A stretch of 64,000 nucleotides of DNA from Lingula anatina (GCA_051362555.1 CM120648.1:2972587-3036586), one strand, 5' to 3'; shown: positions 1-13,819, numbered from the stretch's first letter. Notes: generated by a model from the letters alone, not told the origin. Numbers and translations: made by a program.

Positions 1-425
1 ACCTCCTTGGAGGAGGTAACAACTCATAGAAAGATAAATTATATTTTACCACAAAAAAAAACGGGGGTAATAGCAGTTATTCTAAAATTTGCGCTTTTCA
101 TCAGACCAAGTTACCTCCATAGATGGCTATACTCTGTATTGTTACAAAAAACTTTTTAGGAAAAAAAAAATGAGACCTACTTTGAAGGTAGAAATGAATT
201 CATTAACCATTGGTTAGTATGGAAAAATTGTCATTTACACCAGGAAAATTCATTTTTTAGCTGAAATGAACAGTTGTTATCCTTTTGATTTGAAGTATGT
301 CTGATCGTGGGTTTCATTTTGGTACCTGTAGCAAAACTTGGTACCTGTAACCGCACTGCCTCTGTTACTGTTTACTGTAATAGTCTTTGAGATTATTATT
401 ACTATTTTATTATTATTATTATTAT

Positions 426-469
<44 letters not shown>

Positions 470-1961
470 TTGTTTATTATTTTATCTCATTGCCAGGTCT
501 GTAGCCAGCAATTTCAAAAGGATATTTTTTTTTCTAAAAAAGAAATGGAAATAAAATAAAGTAAAAAAAGTAGACCTGTAATCCTGTTATAGTCGATATA
601 ACTGCACAGCAAGCACACAGCATGAATCAGATTTTGAGTTTATTGATCTCATTGTGGCTTAAAGAATTATTCTTTCTACCCCGCCCCCCTGCCCTCACTG
701 AAAAAAAGAGAAAAAAAAAACAGGCTGCAGGCCTAGGCAACATTATGAGATCAATTCAAGCTATTCTTCTTGTAATATATAAACGATTATTTATCTCATG
801 AGAAAACAAAATTTATATTAAACCAAGAAGTTAATTTGCCCTACCCACTATTTAGAATCATTATGTTACATTGTAAAAAATAATTCTATATCGAACAATT
901 ATATTGGTTCGTCAAGAAATAAAAATTTCTGTGATTCCCTAACTTTAGCTCATGTTTGGTTATTTATATTTATTCACTCTGTTTAAGTCCCAGATTAAAT
1001 TTTTGTTGATTATAATGTGGCAGTGCTGTTAGTAATGATACACTACTGTAGGTGGCAGCATTGTACGTGTAAGGCCTATGGTTGCAACTACAGGTATTCT
1101 TGTCTTCGTGTTGATATTTTTGAGTCATTTTTGAAGTTTTACTACCTTAGATTTGTATTATAGTTCACGTTGAAGGTTATGTCGCTTGCTAACATCTTTT
1201 CATATTGTTGAACTTTAACAAGCCCACTAAACAAAACATTTGTATTTGATCTGTTTTTTCTGGTTGTCGTTGGTAATAATAGCTGGCAACTCCTGGGACT
1301 GGATGGTGTTAATTTTGCACAGATGAACAGGAAAATTAACTGTATTAACTGTGAAAGGTTGGATAAATATTTAAGATTCATATGAAGTTGTTTTTTTTTT
1401 TTTTCCACAAAAAATCGACCAAATGCCACCATATATTTGAAATTGCTTTTTGGCTTTCTGTGCTGTATATAAGAGGGGCAGATAAGTAGGTCAGATATGA
1501 AAATGTAAAATTTATGATGGAAATTTTGAAAAAAAGGACAGTTAAAAGCTGTTTTATGGATGAACAAGTAATTACTTTGGTTTATCTCTTGGCATATCAA
1601 CTGTATTTGAGTCATATATTAAGAAACTAGACAAAGTAGAAGTGATTTATATGCATTACTGGGAATCCACCCTCCACAGACACTCAGGTCAAATGTATCT
1701 TTAACAATAATTATGTGTATTAAAGGCATCCTTGAAGATGAACTCAAAGGCTCCACCAGAAGGGACTTGTACATTGCACACCTTTTCTTTTCTCATTTCT
1801 TGATTAGAAAGACTGATCCAGATAAGTGGATGTCACTAGTCATTGTGTTATATATGAAAAGATTCAGATACAGACAGAACAAACTAAGGGGATGTTTTAG
1901 GTGGAAACACTGATGTTTTGTTTAGTGCCAAGAAGTGATGAAACCCCTGGACTGTATTTAT

Positions 1962-2229
1962 GACTGCATTCCTATAAACTCATCATACTAGCTGGGTCAG
2001 TTTAAATCTGTGGGGTGTCTCGTAAAGTGCTCTCAGTGTAATCAGCTTTATTGTCTGGCACGCCCCCTTCAGTAACTAGGGGGTGATTGTCTATAATTGT
2101 CAATTAACCCCTTGTAGCTTGAGTAGGTGTGCCTGACATTTAGGCTGCTTACATTGAATGCAATTTAGTGAGAATCCCCTGAGAGTTAGATCGATCCAGC
2201 TAGTGCGATGACTTTATGGGAATGTTCCC
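1962..2229. mobile_element. Diverged MITE, family 1 (Harbinger-like)
   Basis: Termini tgcattcctataa...ttatgggaatgttccc; internal similarity (gcaatttag..cccc..gagttagatcgatc) to the copies at 6136, 13275 and 37055. Confidence 0.65.
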
Positions 2230-2917
2230 TAAACTCCTATGTTACTTACAGTTGAATTAGCATATTGAATTAAGGTTCCATGCATATTTCACTTATTTAT
2301 GGCTTAAACTTTTTTTTATTTCCTTTAGGCTTCAATATTTTAATCATAATATCATATTAGATTTGTCAATTTTTTAAAGTCAATTACAAAAAGTCACTGC
2401 TATTATTCTTAAATAAAATCTTCTGTTTTAAAGTTACTACTAAAGTTTTATTGTTCATTTCATTGATGACATCCTCTTTTTAGGCAGCATGAAGGTGCAT
2501 CACTTTTGTAATAAATATAGTACATGTTTGCCTTTACTATATAAGTTTTTTTACCTGTGCATTTCTCAACTATGTCATAGCATTTTTACTGATTTTTAAT
2601 TTTTTTCTTTTTTTAATTGTAAAGAACTGTCTTGGTGACAAATTAACATTACTGTTTAATGATGTGTAGAAAGTTAATTAAGTTAGGTATTTTCGTCAAA
2701 CTATCAGGGTTTGTCATTTTCAAAAATTTTGCAGGATATCACAGCTTAATTTGGTTGTGTACTAACAGGATAAATTAGCTTAGAAAATCACTCAAATGTA
2801 AGATTCATTTGGATTTTTTTTTTTTTTTGGCAAAAATGATGATTTAAATGTTCTTTCTGACAAAAAAAATTAGCCATTGTGCATAGCATTCTAAACATCT
2901 TGAATTTCATGTTCCAG

Positions 2918-3935
2918 ACGATGGATCTGTGACTTCTATTACTACTCCTCATACTACAGTGATAGCCACCAAGACCCCCCCTGGACAACAGTCAAATAAT
3001 GACCTCTACATTGGACTGGGGGTTGGCGCAGGGGTCATCCTGCTGGGCTTGGCGGGCCTAGGAATTTACTGCTACTGGAACAAGAAAGGTAACAGGTACA
3101 GAACAGGTATAATCGCTTATTGTCATTATATGTGTGTACAGAGTGCTTACTCTGTGTGTTCTGAAGTCATGCATCAGACATGAGCTTTTTGTGTGGAATT
3201 GTGGAATTTTGCATTATTTTGGGTGACCTCAAGGGATATTAACCCAAAAATTTGGGTTGGGTGTTTGTAACATATGGTAATTAACAAAGACCAGTTCCTG
3301 GAGGAGAGGGACAGAACAAAAAAAAAATTGTCTAGTTCAAAAAGTCATAGTTATCTTTATAAAAAAGTATAAAGGATAATTTCTTCATGTACGTGTATGC
3401 CATTTCCTTTTGCAAATGGGTAACATTAACAGGTAACCTTACCACGCACCCAAATATCAACATAGATTGAGACATTGTTTTTTTAAAAGTGTGCGAGAAA
3501 ATCACATGTCATTTAATAAAAACTTTGCTCTGTCATATTTGGTTCTGAACATTAGTTGCAGATTTTAGTTTTGAAATCCTGGGCTCATATCTGATGTATG
3601 GCAGTTTTCCTCTGAGTGACTTTTTCTCTTGTTTTCTCCATGTTGAAAACTGAGTTGAAGGTTTGAAGAGATATTAATAGTAGAGCATATTACTGCATAC
3701 CATGTGCCATAATTGTACATTCAAAGAAGTGCTTGTTTTAACAGCTTGAAAAATGTTTTTCTTATTTGCATTTTAAAACTCAGTCTGGTTAATTGCAAGT
3801 AATCTCTCATGTGAAGCATATATTGTTTCACTGAGGTTGTGGAAATTTGATTAAACTTTTTATTTGTTTATTTAAAATTAATAAAGCGCATATCTTGTCT
3901 ATTAAACATGCGGCATACCAAATCTTTGTGTATGT

Positions 3936-3971
<36 letters not shown>

Positions 3972-4513
3972 GCATTTTATAAAAATCATACTGATTGCTG
4001 CAATTATAATTTGACCTCACATTTGTGGCATGTTTTTGGTCACTGAGCTGGTGAAAATGAAAATAAACTGTTTATTTACATGTTCTAAATTATTCAAAGA
4101 AAGCACACACCAAATTATTCACCCCATCGGGCATAAAAGAGCTTTAAACTGACACTTTAAATTTAAGGTCCTAAATTTGACCTACGTATCTGACCTACTT
4201 ATCTCCCCCATTCATATACAGCAAAGCAGGCAAGCAGAAAAATCTGTTCAAATATGCAATTTCATTTAATACAAAACAATGTATTTCTGTATTTCTCTAA
4301 ATTAAATATTTGAAACCATGTGGTGACATTTGGTTAACTTTAGTAGCCAGAAAATTTGAGATCATATACATCGTTATAAGTTGTGCAATTTTTTGTAGGA
4401 GGGGCAACATAGAAAACGGTCCCGGCTATCTACACGATGAGATGGAGGTGAAGAAGCTGAATGAAAAGGAGGGAGAATCTGCTCCTCAGAACTCTGAGAA
4501 ACCAAAGGCTTAA
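2918..4513 (+). CDS. Last two coding exons (2918-3095, 4399-4513) of a single-pass type I membrane protein; upstream exons not identified
   Basis: ttccag acceptor, Thr/Pro-rich stalk, TM segment LYIGLGVGAGVILLGLAGLGIYCYW and basic stop-transfer NKKGNR. The phase-2 donor AG|gtacag matches the phase-2 acceptor ttgtag|G, giving a short tail RGNIENGPGYLHDEMEVKKLNEKEGESAPQNSEKPKA*. Confidence 0.65.
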
Positions 4514-4710
4514 GCTTTTGTCTTTTCACTGAGAAAATGCATCTGCTTTCCAGAACTCTGAGAAACCAAAGGCTTAAGCTTTTGTCTTTTCACTGAGAAA
4601 ATGCATCTGCTTTCCAGAACTCTGAGAAACCAAAGGCTTAAGCTTTTGTCTTTTCACTGAGAAAATGCATCTGCTTTCCAGAACTCTGAGAGAACAAAAG
4701 CATAAGCTTT
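4487..4710 (+). repeat. 64-bp tandem repeat, 3 near-identical copies plus a diverged partial, spanning the stop codon
   Basis: cagaactctgagaaaccaaaggcttaagc... restarts at 4487, 4551, 4615 and 4679. Confidence 0.95.
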
Positions 4711-4758
<48 letters not shown>

Positions 4759-5903
4759 CAAGAAGATGTATCCTTCTCAGGAACTTAAAATATTATTTGA
4801 TAAACAAATGATGCGTTTTCATTGACTGTCAGTATAAATTCAAGATTTCTGTAAGCCTTTTGTTTTTTTTTGTTTTTTTTTTGGAAAGAATATAACCAAA
4901 TTGTAGTATATTAAATTCTGAAACACTCAATAAGGAGTAAAACTGTTAAAGCATTGTGTTTTGTGTCAATTTCTTAATGAAATAGGTATTTTTTTCTGTA
5001 AAACATGCACTGCACAATGTATAGCCTAAAGTTAACATGATACATGTGCTGTGTGACATGTAGGCATCTTTCTTGAACTTAGCTGTGAATGTCTTAATAT
5101 GTGGTGGAGAACTAGTTAGGAAAATTACCCATGGTGCTTAGTAGGGATATTATCACAGCATGTCAAGTCCTCTCTGGCTCTGTAGTTTGAAAAGTTCCAG
5201 TATTTGAATATCTGATATTTAATTTGAAATGATGAATCAGATATAATATGTGTTAAAATTGTTATGTTAGTGTGTATTTAGTATTTAGCTTTGCTCTTGT
5301 GAAGAGAATCGTTATTCAGTCATGTAAACATAAGACACCTGTATTTATTTTTGTTTAGTAGGTTTTTAAGAAATTTGTATAGGCCAATTTCAGCTTTTGT
5401 GTATGCTGAGAGAAAATTACATATTAAAACGTCAAAAACAATGTTGACTGTAATGTATTTTTGCTGCAGAACATGTTGGAATATTTTATTACTCATCATT
5501 AACAGTTGCATTTAGTTCTTTTTTTATGTGGAATGTTGTTACTGTAGCAAAAAAAAGTTTCATCAGTTGAACTGATAGCATAAGGTATACTAATGATTAT
5601 TTCTTTTTAAACTGTGTTGTTAAATTAATGTTGTTTTTAAAAGCACATTTCAAGGGGTGTTCATGGAACTTTTGTCTTATTATAATTATATTTTTTGTCT
5701 TTATTAAGTTGTACAAATCGGAAAATTCTCACCTTTTTACATGGCGCTGTACCAAATTCTGTATCACTCTAGTATGAACGATTAACAACATGGCATTCTG
5801 ATAAGAGAGTCACTTCAACAGAGCCCTTGAGCTTGAGGCAGCCAATTCACCAGATTGGTTAGCTTTCACATTTGGGCTTGTGAGGGGGGGGGGGAGTCAG
5901 TAA

Positions 5904-6088
5904 GAGCACATTCTGAACAGCAGACTAACAGATCTGCAGATCAAATATGGCGACCTACTAAAAAGCTTTCCACTTTATTCTTGATTAGACACTGAATAGA
6001 TTCCCTGTGGGGATTACGCAACAATCATTCAAGTGGGTGGGCCATATTTGATCTGCGAATATGTTAGTTCGCTGTTCGGAATGTGCTC
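5904..6088. mobile_element. MITE family 2 with ~50-bp TIRs and TAA target-site duplication (PIF/Harbinger-like)
   Basis: taa|gagcacattctgaacagcagactaaca...tgttagttcgctgttcggaatgtgctc|taa; a second copy lies at 45546-45720. Confidence 0.85.
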
Positions 6089-6135
6089 TAAAACTCATGC
6101 TGGTTTTGAGAATGGTCTTAGTTTGTCTATTGTAA

Positions 6136-6349
6136 GGGCGCATCCCCATAGATTTTAGATCGATCTATCGCAGTGGGGAGTCTCACTAGATTACTGTCAG
6201 ATAATCCAGCTTAAATGTCCGTCCCACCTACTACAAGCTGTAAGGGGGTAATTAACTTTCGTGCCCGCTCGGCTCACAGCTATTTAGCGTGAACCCCCAG
6301 GGAGTTAGGTCGATCTAGTTGGATTGATCTAATCTCTGGGAATGGGGTC
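6136..6349. mobile_element. MITE family 1, TAA TSD (PIF/Harbinger-like)
   Basis: taa|gggcgcatccccatagattttagatcgatc...gatctaatctctgggaatggggtc|taa. Confidence 0.85.
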
Positions 6350-7790
6350 TAAGGGTCTTATGTAAGAAAGTATTTTGGTTGCCTTAGATTATAGAATGTA
6401 AGAGTCTTCTGTGTTAATCAAGACAGGGTAGTGTTTGGATGGCGTTGTAAGAGCACACTGTATGGCTGTTCGTTGTTTTCATGATAGCTGGCAACGAAAG
6501 ATAATATCTTTCTCTTAAAACAAAGAGTTTTAGTTTGACTACAATAATTACTTGGGTCTTTTCAATGGGCAAAAATTATGAAACTTTCAGATATGCTATT
6601 ATACATATTAATTTTTTATCACAAAAATTATTTATCTGTGTAGCATTTCTGGTGCTTTTACAGCATAGAAGAAAAATATAGTAAGAGTAACCTGCTTTTT
6701 AATTTTGTTGCTACCACTCGACAGGATTGCAATAATTTTAAGAAATTGTTACTTAAAACATACAGTACCTTGAAATTCACAAATTTCCCCAATGAGAAGT
6801 TATGAGTAATCACCATAATCACAGAGGACGTGCACATATCTCATTTATGGGGACAATTGTTATTGCTAATGAACATACCAAAATGCAGTGTCAATAACCA
6901 CGCTTCAAATGTTTCACATTTGCGTATGTATAAGCCTTTCCTGAAAATATTATATGCATAATTAAATAAGGGGGCATTTTCTAGTCCAAATTGGCATATT
7001 TGCCTTTTCTTTTAAGAACATTATCATAGGACCACTGAAGTAGGCCACTTAAGTATGCAAAATGACTAATTTTGATTTTTAAAAAATCTCAGATTTTCTT
7101 GTCAGTCCTCCCTCTAGATGGCTTCTGTCTGTTATAGCAGTGTTGTGGGCACATATGCTATGTTATTATTCTTTTTCCACATTGTTTCTGAAGCATTTTG
7201 CGTAATAAAAATACTCATTAAAACAATTCCATGAAATTTGTTTTATTTCATCACTTGTCAGAGGGTTATTGACTATTTGGTAAGTTCTTTTTGGGGTACA
7301 CAACAATATTAATGACTCAATCTTTTCAATGGACATGAATTATCAAACTTTCAGATACATTAATATCACTATCTAATATTTCTACATAGTATTTGTGGTG
7401 CTGTTACTGCATAGAACAGAACTATAGAGTAGCCCGCTTTTCAATTTTGTTGCTGCCACTCTACAGGAATGTTCTAAATTAAAAGTTATGACTAAAAAAT
7501 ACAGCATCTGTAAAATTCACAATTTTCCCTCGTTGAAAAGATCAGTCTGAGAGTAATAGCATGCACACACACAAACACACACCAATGACACAGGCACTAA
7601 AAAAAAAAACATTTGCTACACCTCCAATAACTAAGATGTTTACAACAATATCTAAAAAGCACTGACAAGATAAAACTTTTTCTCTCTTTACTTGTAATAC
7701 ATTGAGCTATTGTGCAGAATCTAAACTAAATGTTTGCACTGATGAAAAATTATATTGTTCTAATTTTTTTTTAGATGATAACATGATTGA

Positions 7791-8008
7791 AACTAGAAAA
7801 GCACTCCGAAAGCGCAGACCCCGCCAAGGCAGGGATTTTTTATTATTATTGATTATTGATCCGGATCACCACCAAAAACTAATCACCTCTAAGTTAACCC
7901 ATTTCTGACCTAGCCTGAAAATTTCCTCAAAAATTGAGTTATGTTGATGACAAACAGACAGACAGACAAACAGGGCTGAAAACATATTAACCTCCTTGGC
8001 GGGGGTAA
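7791..8008 (+). mobile_element. HINE/DINE-1-like non-autonomous Helentron-associated element
   Basis: 5' actagaaaagcactccgaaagcgcagacccccgccaagg, internal (CAGA)n, 3' hairpin aacctccttggcgggggt complementary to the 5' subterminal repeat. A 3' end of another copy is at 1-19 and a 5' end at ~26498-26540. Family assignment is from structural resemblance. Confidence 0.65.
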
Positions 8009-8543
8009 TTAGCTAATCAAGGACTTTCATTCAATACCTTTTTTCCCTGAGGTTTAAAATAATAATTTACAAAATAATAAAACCAATTAAAAAAAAAAAA
8101 CCAACATGATCTGAAATGTTTGTTCAAACAGTGATCACAACATTTATGTCCATGTAATGATAAACTCGAAAACAAACATAAAAAGTAAATAATCAAATCT
8201 GCAAATTAACAACATAAAAAAGCCAAGAAACACATGAGCCAATAGAAGTCCCCATTCAGAATGGATGATCCGAGTACTAACTGATCCACCGACCACACTT
8301 CAAAAGAGATGCTGCTGATTCTCGATGATCTGCCTGTCTCCACACAAGCAGTTGCTGCAGGGGCCTAGCAATTAAACCTTGGAGCCAACATTTAATCCGT
8401 TTAATGGCGCGTGTGGAGGTGGAGAGACCATCAGGAATCAGCAGCATCTCTTTTGAAGTGTTGTAATTCATAACTAGTCAGCGGTTCAGTTAGTACTAGG
8501 ATCATCTACTCTGAATGGCGCCAAACTCATTCAAAACCCTGTG

Positions 8544-10488
8544 TTAGGACTTGGACACACTTTTAATGATAGTCCTTGTCAAATTGAAATATCTCTCTCG
8601 AGTTCCAAACATCACATCATCCACTGTATACTGGGATTCGTTCTGCTTAAACACTTGACCCAGAATAATATTAAGTCCAGACATTTCATAACGGTGGCAA
8701 CCAGAGTATTTATATCGCGGCTTGTAAATGAAGGAACATCCTGTGGCTTGTGCACCATAGGGGGCGACACAGTCTTTCACAAGAGCACACTGCACCCAAG
8801 GCAGCATCAGTTGATCTTGAATAACCTGGGTATTGTAGAGTATCAGGTTATTGGCCTCAACCATGCGGTGGAAGTGATAGTCTTCAGGTTTTGTGTTGAA
8901 GAAGCCAAACATCTTTGGATGTGTCAGTGTTGACGTGGAGTCCTTGCTGTCAAGAGTCCAAGCTGAGAAGCCTGTCCTTTGTGCATGTTTTATAGCGCCA
9001 TCTATAGTACTGGCAACAAAGTATCTGTTGGCATCACTCCAGAAAACTGCTTGATGCTGCTTAAGTATTATCTGAAATACATATCAGGAATATTTTGCAG
9101 ATAAATTAACATATCACATTTATTTCATATGGGATCCAAAAAAATGAAAGACTTCCATTCTACTTTCATTCATCCCCTTTTATTCTGAACAAAAATTATT
9201 TGTATTTTAGCATTTTTTTAAAATTAATATATATAAGAAATAAATCAGGGAAAGTTAATGCTAATGAATTCACAGTAAAAGCAACATCTTAAGAAATACT
9301 CACAATGAGAACGAAGGGGACAAGGAGAGGAAGAGAGGAAGAGAGGGGGGAAGAGAGGTAGAAGGTGTGTGTGGGGGTGTGTGAGAAAAAGGGAGAGAGA
9401 GAGGGGAGATCTTTTCATATCCTCACCTGTATACACACTGGTTTGTATGCTTTAATATCAAGGTCAGTCACATGTGATGGGAAATCATCAAACTTGAATT
9501 TTCTTATTTCACAACTACTTGTGAAGTTGCATGCTAATTTTAACTGAAAGGAGAAAAGATGAATTCAAAGTGAATCAAAGACCAACCATCATCAGATTTT
9601 GAACTGTCCTCCACTCAGCTGAGAGAGAAAAGAGGTGGTTACAAGATGATTCTGCCTCTGATGCTGAAAAACAGGACTTTATAGTGTAAAGAAAATTGTA
9701 CCTTGCATTTCAGGCTTTGTCTGTTAAATACACAATTAAATTAATAATTAAAATAAGAAAATATTTTTATAGGTGCATTTAAAGACTTGTGTTTTACAAA
9801 CACAATCATCCTAGACAGCACAGAGTTTTGGAATTGGCCCAAAATAAAGCAAGGTTTCAAGGGGATTGAAGGAGATCAGATCAGATATAAAATTCAGCAT
9901 AATATCTAGTGTGGTTAGCAATGAATAAAAACTTACTGAACTTATCCACTTCACCCTGTTTTTGCTTATCAGTTAATCCCGCCTCATTTAAGACTATCTT
10001 GGGGGATTTCCATAACAAGTACAAATTAGCTTCTGCAGACAAATATGCCTGGTCACATGTTATATCTGTATCCACTTGTACATTGTTCTTTTATCCTTAC
10101 AACATTCGTTTCTTTCTGCATTTGCCTTACTGTACCTTATTAAGATCATATGAGCCAAGACCTAAGTCAAATACCACAGTTTTCAATAGTTTCTTCAAAA
10201 ACTTTTTCTTCGACTCAAGCAGAAGCTGTACCTGAATGAAAAACATAATAAATTCATTGAACTTCACAGAAATTATAATAAATAGTGAGTAACAGCTAAA
10301 TAATATTTTAAGAATACATACTTTCCTTCATTATAAAAGATTATTCAAGCAGTTTACTTGCTGTAAAATTGAAGCATCTTGACAGAGAAGAATTTCATCA
10401 GCTATTTCAATATTAAGCTGATGACAGAAGAAAAATTACTTCATTATGAAGCATCTTAAATTCTTGTCAAACAAATACATCCTTTTAG

Positions 10489-10537
<49 letters not shown>

Positions 10538-10914
10538 GGAGGGAACGAGACGGAGAGAGAGAGAAACCAGACTTCCTGTATACTTACTTGTTCTGTATTC
10601 TTAGAAGACACAGCAGTCACTAAATACGGCAATACATGTTCCTTCCCTACTCCCCCTGCAGGATAATTGTTAGTACTGTAATTAAACCCCAATAAATCCA
10701 GGTACTTTTCATCCAAAACTAAAGTCTTTTCTCGAACAATCTGAACATTTTTAAGATTGGAGATCTGCTTATGTGTCTCGGTGACAATAGTTCGTATGTG
10801 TGGTGTTGGATTGACTGCTAGCCATATGGTGGCCGAGAGGGTGAGGAGAGACAGGATGAGGATGAAAAAGTTCTTGGTCTTCATAAAGCCTATCATCCCA
10901 GCGGCAGCCGTCAT
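8544..10914 (-). CDS. DUF1647-like type II membrane protein, ~355 aa, 4 coding exons (10914-10588, 10231-10136, 9543-9427, 9071-8544)
   Basis: All phase-0 GT-AG junctions give one open frame. N-terminal TM anchor; motifs FDLGL, C..RKFKFDDFPSHV..AYKPVCIQ, FWSDA, THPKMF, PWVQCAL...CVAPYG, CHRYEMSGLN match my recollection of DUF1647 (PF07801). Confidence 0.85.
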
Positions 10915-11399
10915 ACATGTACACTTTGCCTCAGTTCACTATCCCTAGAGATATTGGTCTCTGGAAAAAGAATTCACCTTGGCGTGAAGACTGTACATGT
11001 GGCAAGAATCAGACAGTGAAATCTATAATGCATTTATAATTGTATTTATCACTGTGCAATGCGTAATATAAAACAAAGTTACTCACTAGCTTATTAATTA
11101 GTAAATATGTTTAAACTTTCGAGAATAATAAGATTTAACTTGAATGATCAGTACATTTCCTGATCACTAGTCACCATATCGTTACATGTTGTTAGTTCAT
11201 ATTTTGTCAGTTTCTTTTATCTCGTAACCCCTCCTCTTAACTCTTCTTATGATCACTGAGTTTTCTGTCAAAATTAAAATACACATACGATTGCTGCTAG
11301 TTGTCGATTGCTAGTACACTTTCACAGATCTATCTTCAAGACCATAAGCACCATGCAAAGTCCCTGTGAAAGCATAGTGTTCAACAACTGGCAAAAACA

Positions 11400-11500
11400 C
11401 ACCTCTTTTCCGTTTTCCTAGGTGATATTGTTTTTGGGATTACCCGCAGACAACCATTTTGGGAAGTGACGTCATTATGCGTGCAATGGATGCGCGGCAC
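11400..11500 (-). promoter_or_regulatory. Putative promoter of the DUF1647-like gene with a CRE palindrome
   Basis: TGACGTCA at 11467-11474 next to GGAAG and a TGCGTGCA motif in a locally GC/CpG-richer patch; 5'UTR acceptor near 10960 and a donor (gtgagt on minus) near 11086. Confidence 0.45.
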
Positions 11501-11817
11501 ACATGGGGACGGGTTTTTTTTTTTTTTGTGGGAGAGGCAGAGGGTGTTCGAAAAACAAACACGATTTGCTGTTTCATCAACTGTATTTTATGTTTGCATG
11601 TCCATTGGGTTTGGTATTTAAGAATATAGAAATCTTCATAAACTCAATTTTCACCGTGTAGTATTGGGAGTAATTTTAGGTGTGCATGCATTTATACAGG
11701 CTTTTCCCACGCTATGATACAGCTACAAGGTGCCATGTACATGTAGGCCTACGTCATATTACTGCATTGTCAATATTTGGGTTTTATGAAATTTGTTGTT
11801 AACACTTAACCGATTGT

Positions 11818-11853
<36 letters not shown>

Positions 11854-12314
11854 CCTACTATAGGTGCTGTAATTATAAGTTGACCGTTTTTCATTAAAAA
11901 AAAAAAAAGATAATGGGAAGAAGCAGAAAGAAAGATAGGAAAAAAGGCGTAGGGCCTACTAGTAGACGGTGCACTATAGGTAGGCCTACTGTAGGTCTAC
12001 GTACACAATGGGTACTGTTATCAGGTAAAAAATATTAAAAATGTCAAGCAGCCGATCAATAAAGAAAAAATCCCGAGAGCAGTTTGCCAATTTCACGGCT
12101 TGGGCTTATTTAGGCTACCAATTTATGCCTTTCAAGATTTGATCTGAAAACAGCAAAAGCAATGGAGGTAATTTTTTTTTTTTTTTTTTTTTTTTTTTCT
12201 TTTTTTTTTTTTCTGTAACTGGACACTGTAACAATTAATCTAAGCTCAAATTAAAATAGCTAAATTGTTTCTTCTCTTCTCCATATGTGGACTCAGCAGC
12301 ATTTCGTCTTCAGA

Positions 12315-12349
<35 letters not shown>

Positions 12350-13274
12350 TTCTCGCTTGTTTGGTCAGAATATGCACATGTCCGTAGCTATTGTTTCAGG
12401 ATTTACAGCACCGCACAGGGCATAAATCAGTGTTGGAATAAAGGAAGGTGAGAGTGACGTCGGATGTGTTGGAGACCAGACACTTCCCTTCTCTGTGACT
12501 TGATAAAGAGATTAAAAGAGTGCCTCTTCTGCTCCCGACAGGGTGTTTCAGAAAGTCGGAACCAAAAACAAGAAAATAGAATTTGGACGACATGAAACTT
12601 CCTCTCTGATCGACGCAAATTCTGGAAAATTTAATAATTCCTTCGACATGTGCCACCAGCATGTCACTTGAACAGGACCCACCCAAAGTAGACCTACCAA
12701 CATCCCCTTTTTTACATGAAAACTTGGTTCACACTGTCTTCGTTTTCCCCATAAAATGTTTGTCAAATGCTTACTTAGGTCCTAGGCCTATTCATCGGGT
12801 TGGCCATATCTTCAATATCTTTATTGGCTCTGCCGATATTATGCTCGCTTCTTCAGCTTGAAGACAATAGATTTTTTGGTTAGTTTAAGGGGGGGTCTAA
12901 TATTGATAAACATTACCAGTATATAACATACGGTATGCTATCCCGTATGCCTCTTTATACAGTATTGAAAATCAAGTAAGATCGACTGTAGAATTTAAAT
13001 TAAAATCCAAAAGATATCGACAAGAATATTGTTTTACTTTCATAAAGAGATGCAGCGGTTGGATAGAAGCTTTTAAGTATATTTTGCTTCCTCTAAATGT
13101 TAAAAGTCTATTTTTGCTTGAGAGAAATTTCAAAGGTCTAATCGACAATATCGTTTCAGTTTTGGATAGGCCTAACACTCTTTCCAAATAAATGCCTCTC
13201 GGGCAAGGCAGATTCCACCCCACAATTATATTAGCTGTGCCTATCAGTAACTATCTAATTAATTATCTACCTAA

Positions 13275-13492
13275 GACGCCATTCCCATAGATTTTAGATC
13301 GATCTGTCCCTGTGGGGAGTCTCACTGTCAGCTCAGCCGGCTTAAGCGTCTGTCCTGCCTACTAAAAGCTGTAAGGGGGCAATTAACTATGGTGCCCGCT
13401 CGGCTGACTGCAACTCAGCGTGAAACCCCCAGGGAGTTAGGTCGATCTAAACCTAAATTTCTGGATCGATCTAATACTCTGGGAATGCACCC
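13275..13492. mobile_element. MITE family 1
   Basis: gacgccattcccatagattttagatcgatc...gatcgatctaatactctgggaatgcaccc; highly similar to 37055-37280. Confidence 0.9.
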
Positions 13493-13734
13493 TAGGACGC
13501 ATGGTAGATCTTATATTGGTGCAGTTCCCAGTATCCAGTGGATCTCAGGGTGCTGTCAAGAGTTTGGAATCCTATAGTGTTATCAAAGTAAAAACAAACC
13601 CACGCCGTGAAACCCTGATTTACCCAGGAAAGTGTTAACAAAGTACACATGTAGAAACAAACATAAGCCAGAAAGTCCTGATTTACCCAGGCCAAGAAAA
13701 CTGTCCTGTGTAAACTGGCTTTTGAACACACGCA

Positions 13735-13819
<85 letters not shown>

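Noticed and set aside
338-559. Hydrophobic 73-aa ORF and similar low-complexity ORFs (e.g. 13492-13874, 24373-24691, 36095-36391)
   Set aside because: Translations of poly-T, (TTA)n, (TA)n, (CA)n and (GA)n tracts.
1142-1913. ORFs of 157 aa (minus) and 66 aa (plus)
   Set aside because: No recognisable motif or convincing splice pair; 1400-1520 resembles an inverted dispersed repeat also near 4170-4260.
4487-4710. CRISPR-like appearance of the direct repeats
   Set aside because: Units are contiguous with no unique spacers, no cas genes, and the context is eukaryotic.
12396-12861. Cluster of overlapping ORFs in a slightly GC-richer patch
   Set aside because: No recognisable domain, stops in all frames and no consistent splice sites; may be a decayed TE or exon, and needs BLASTx.
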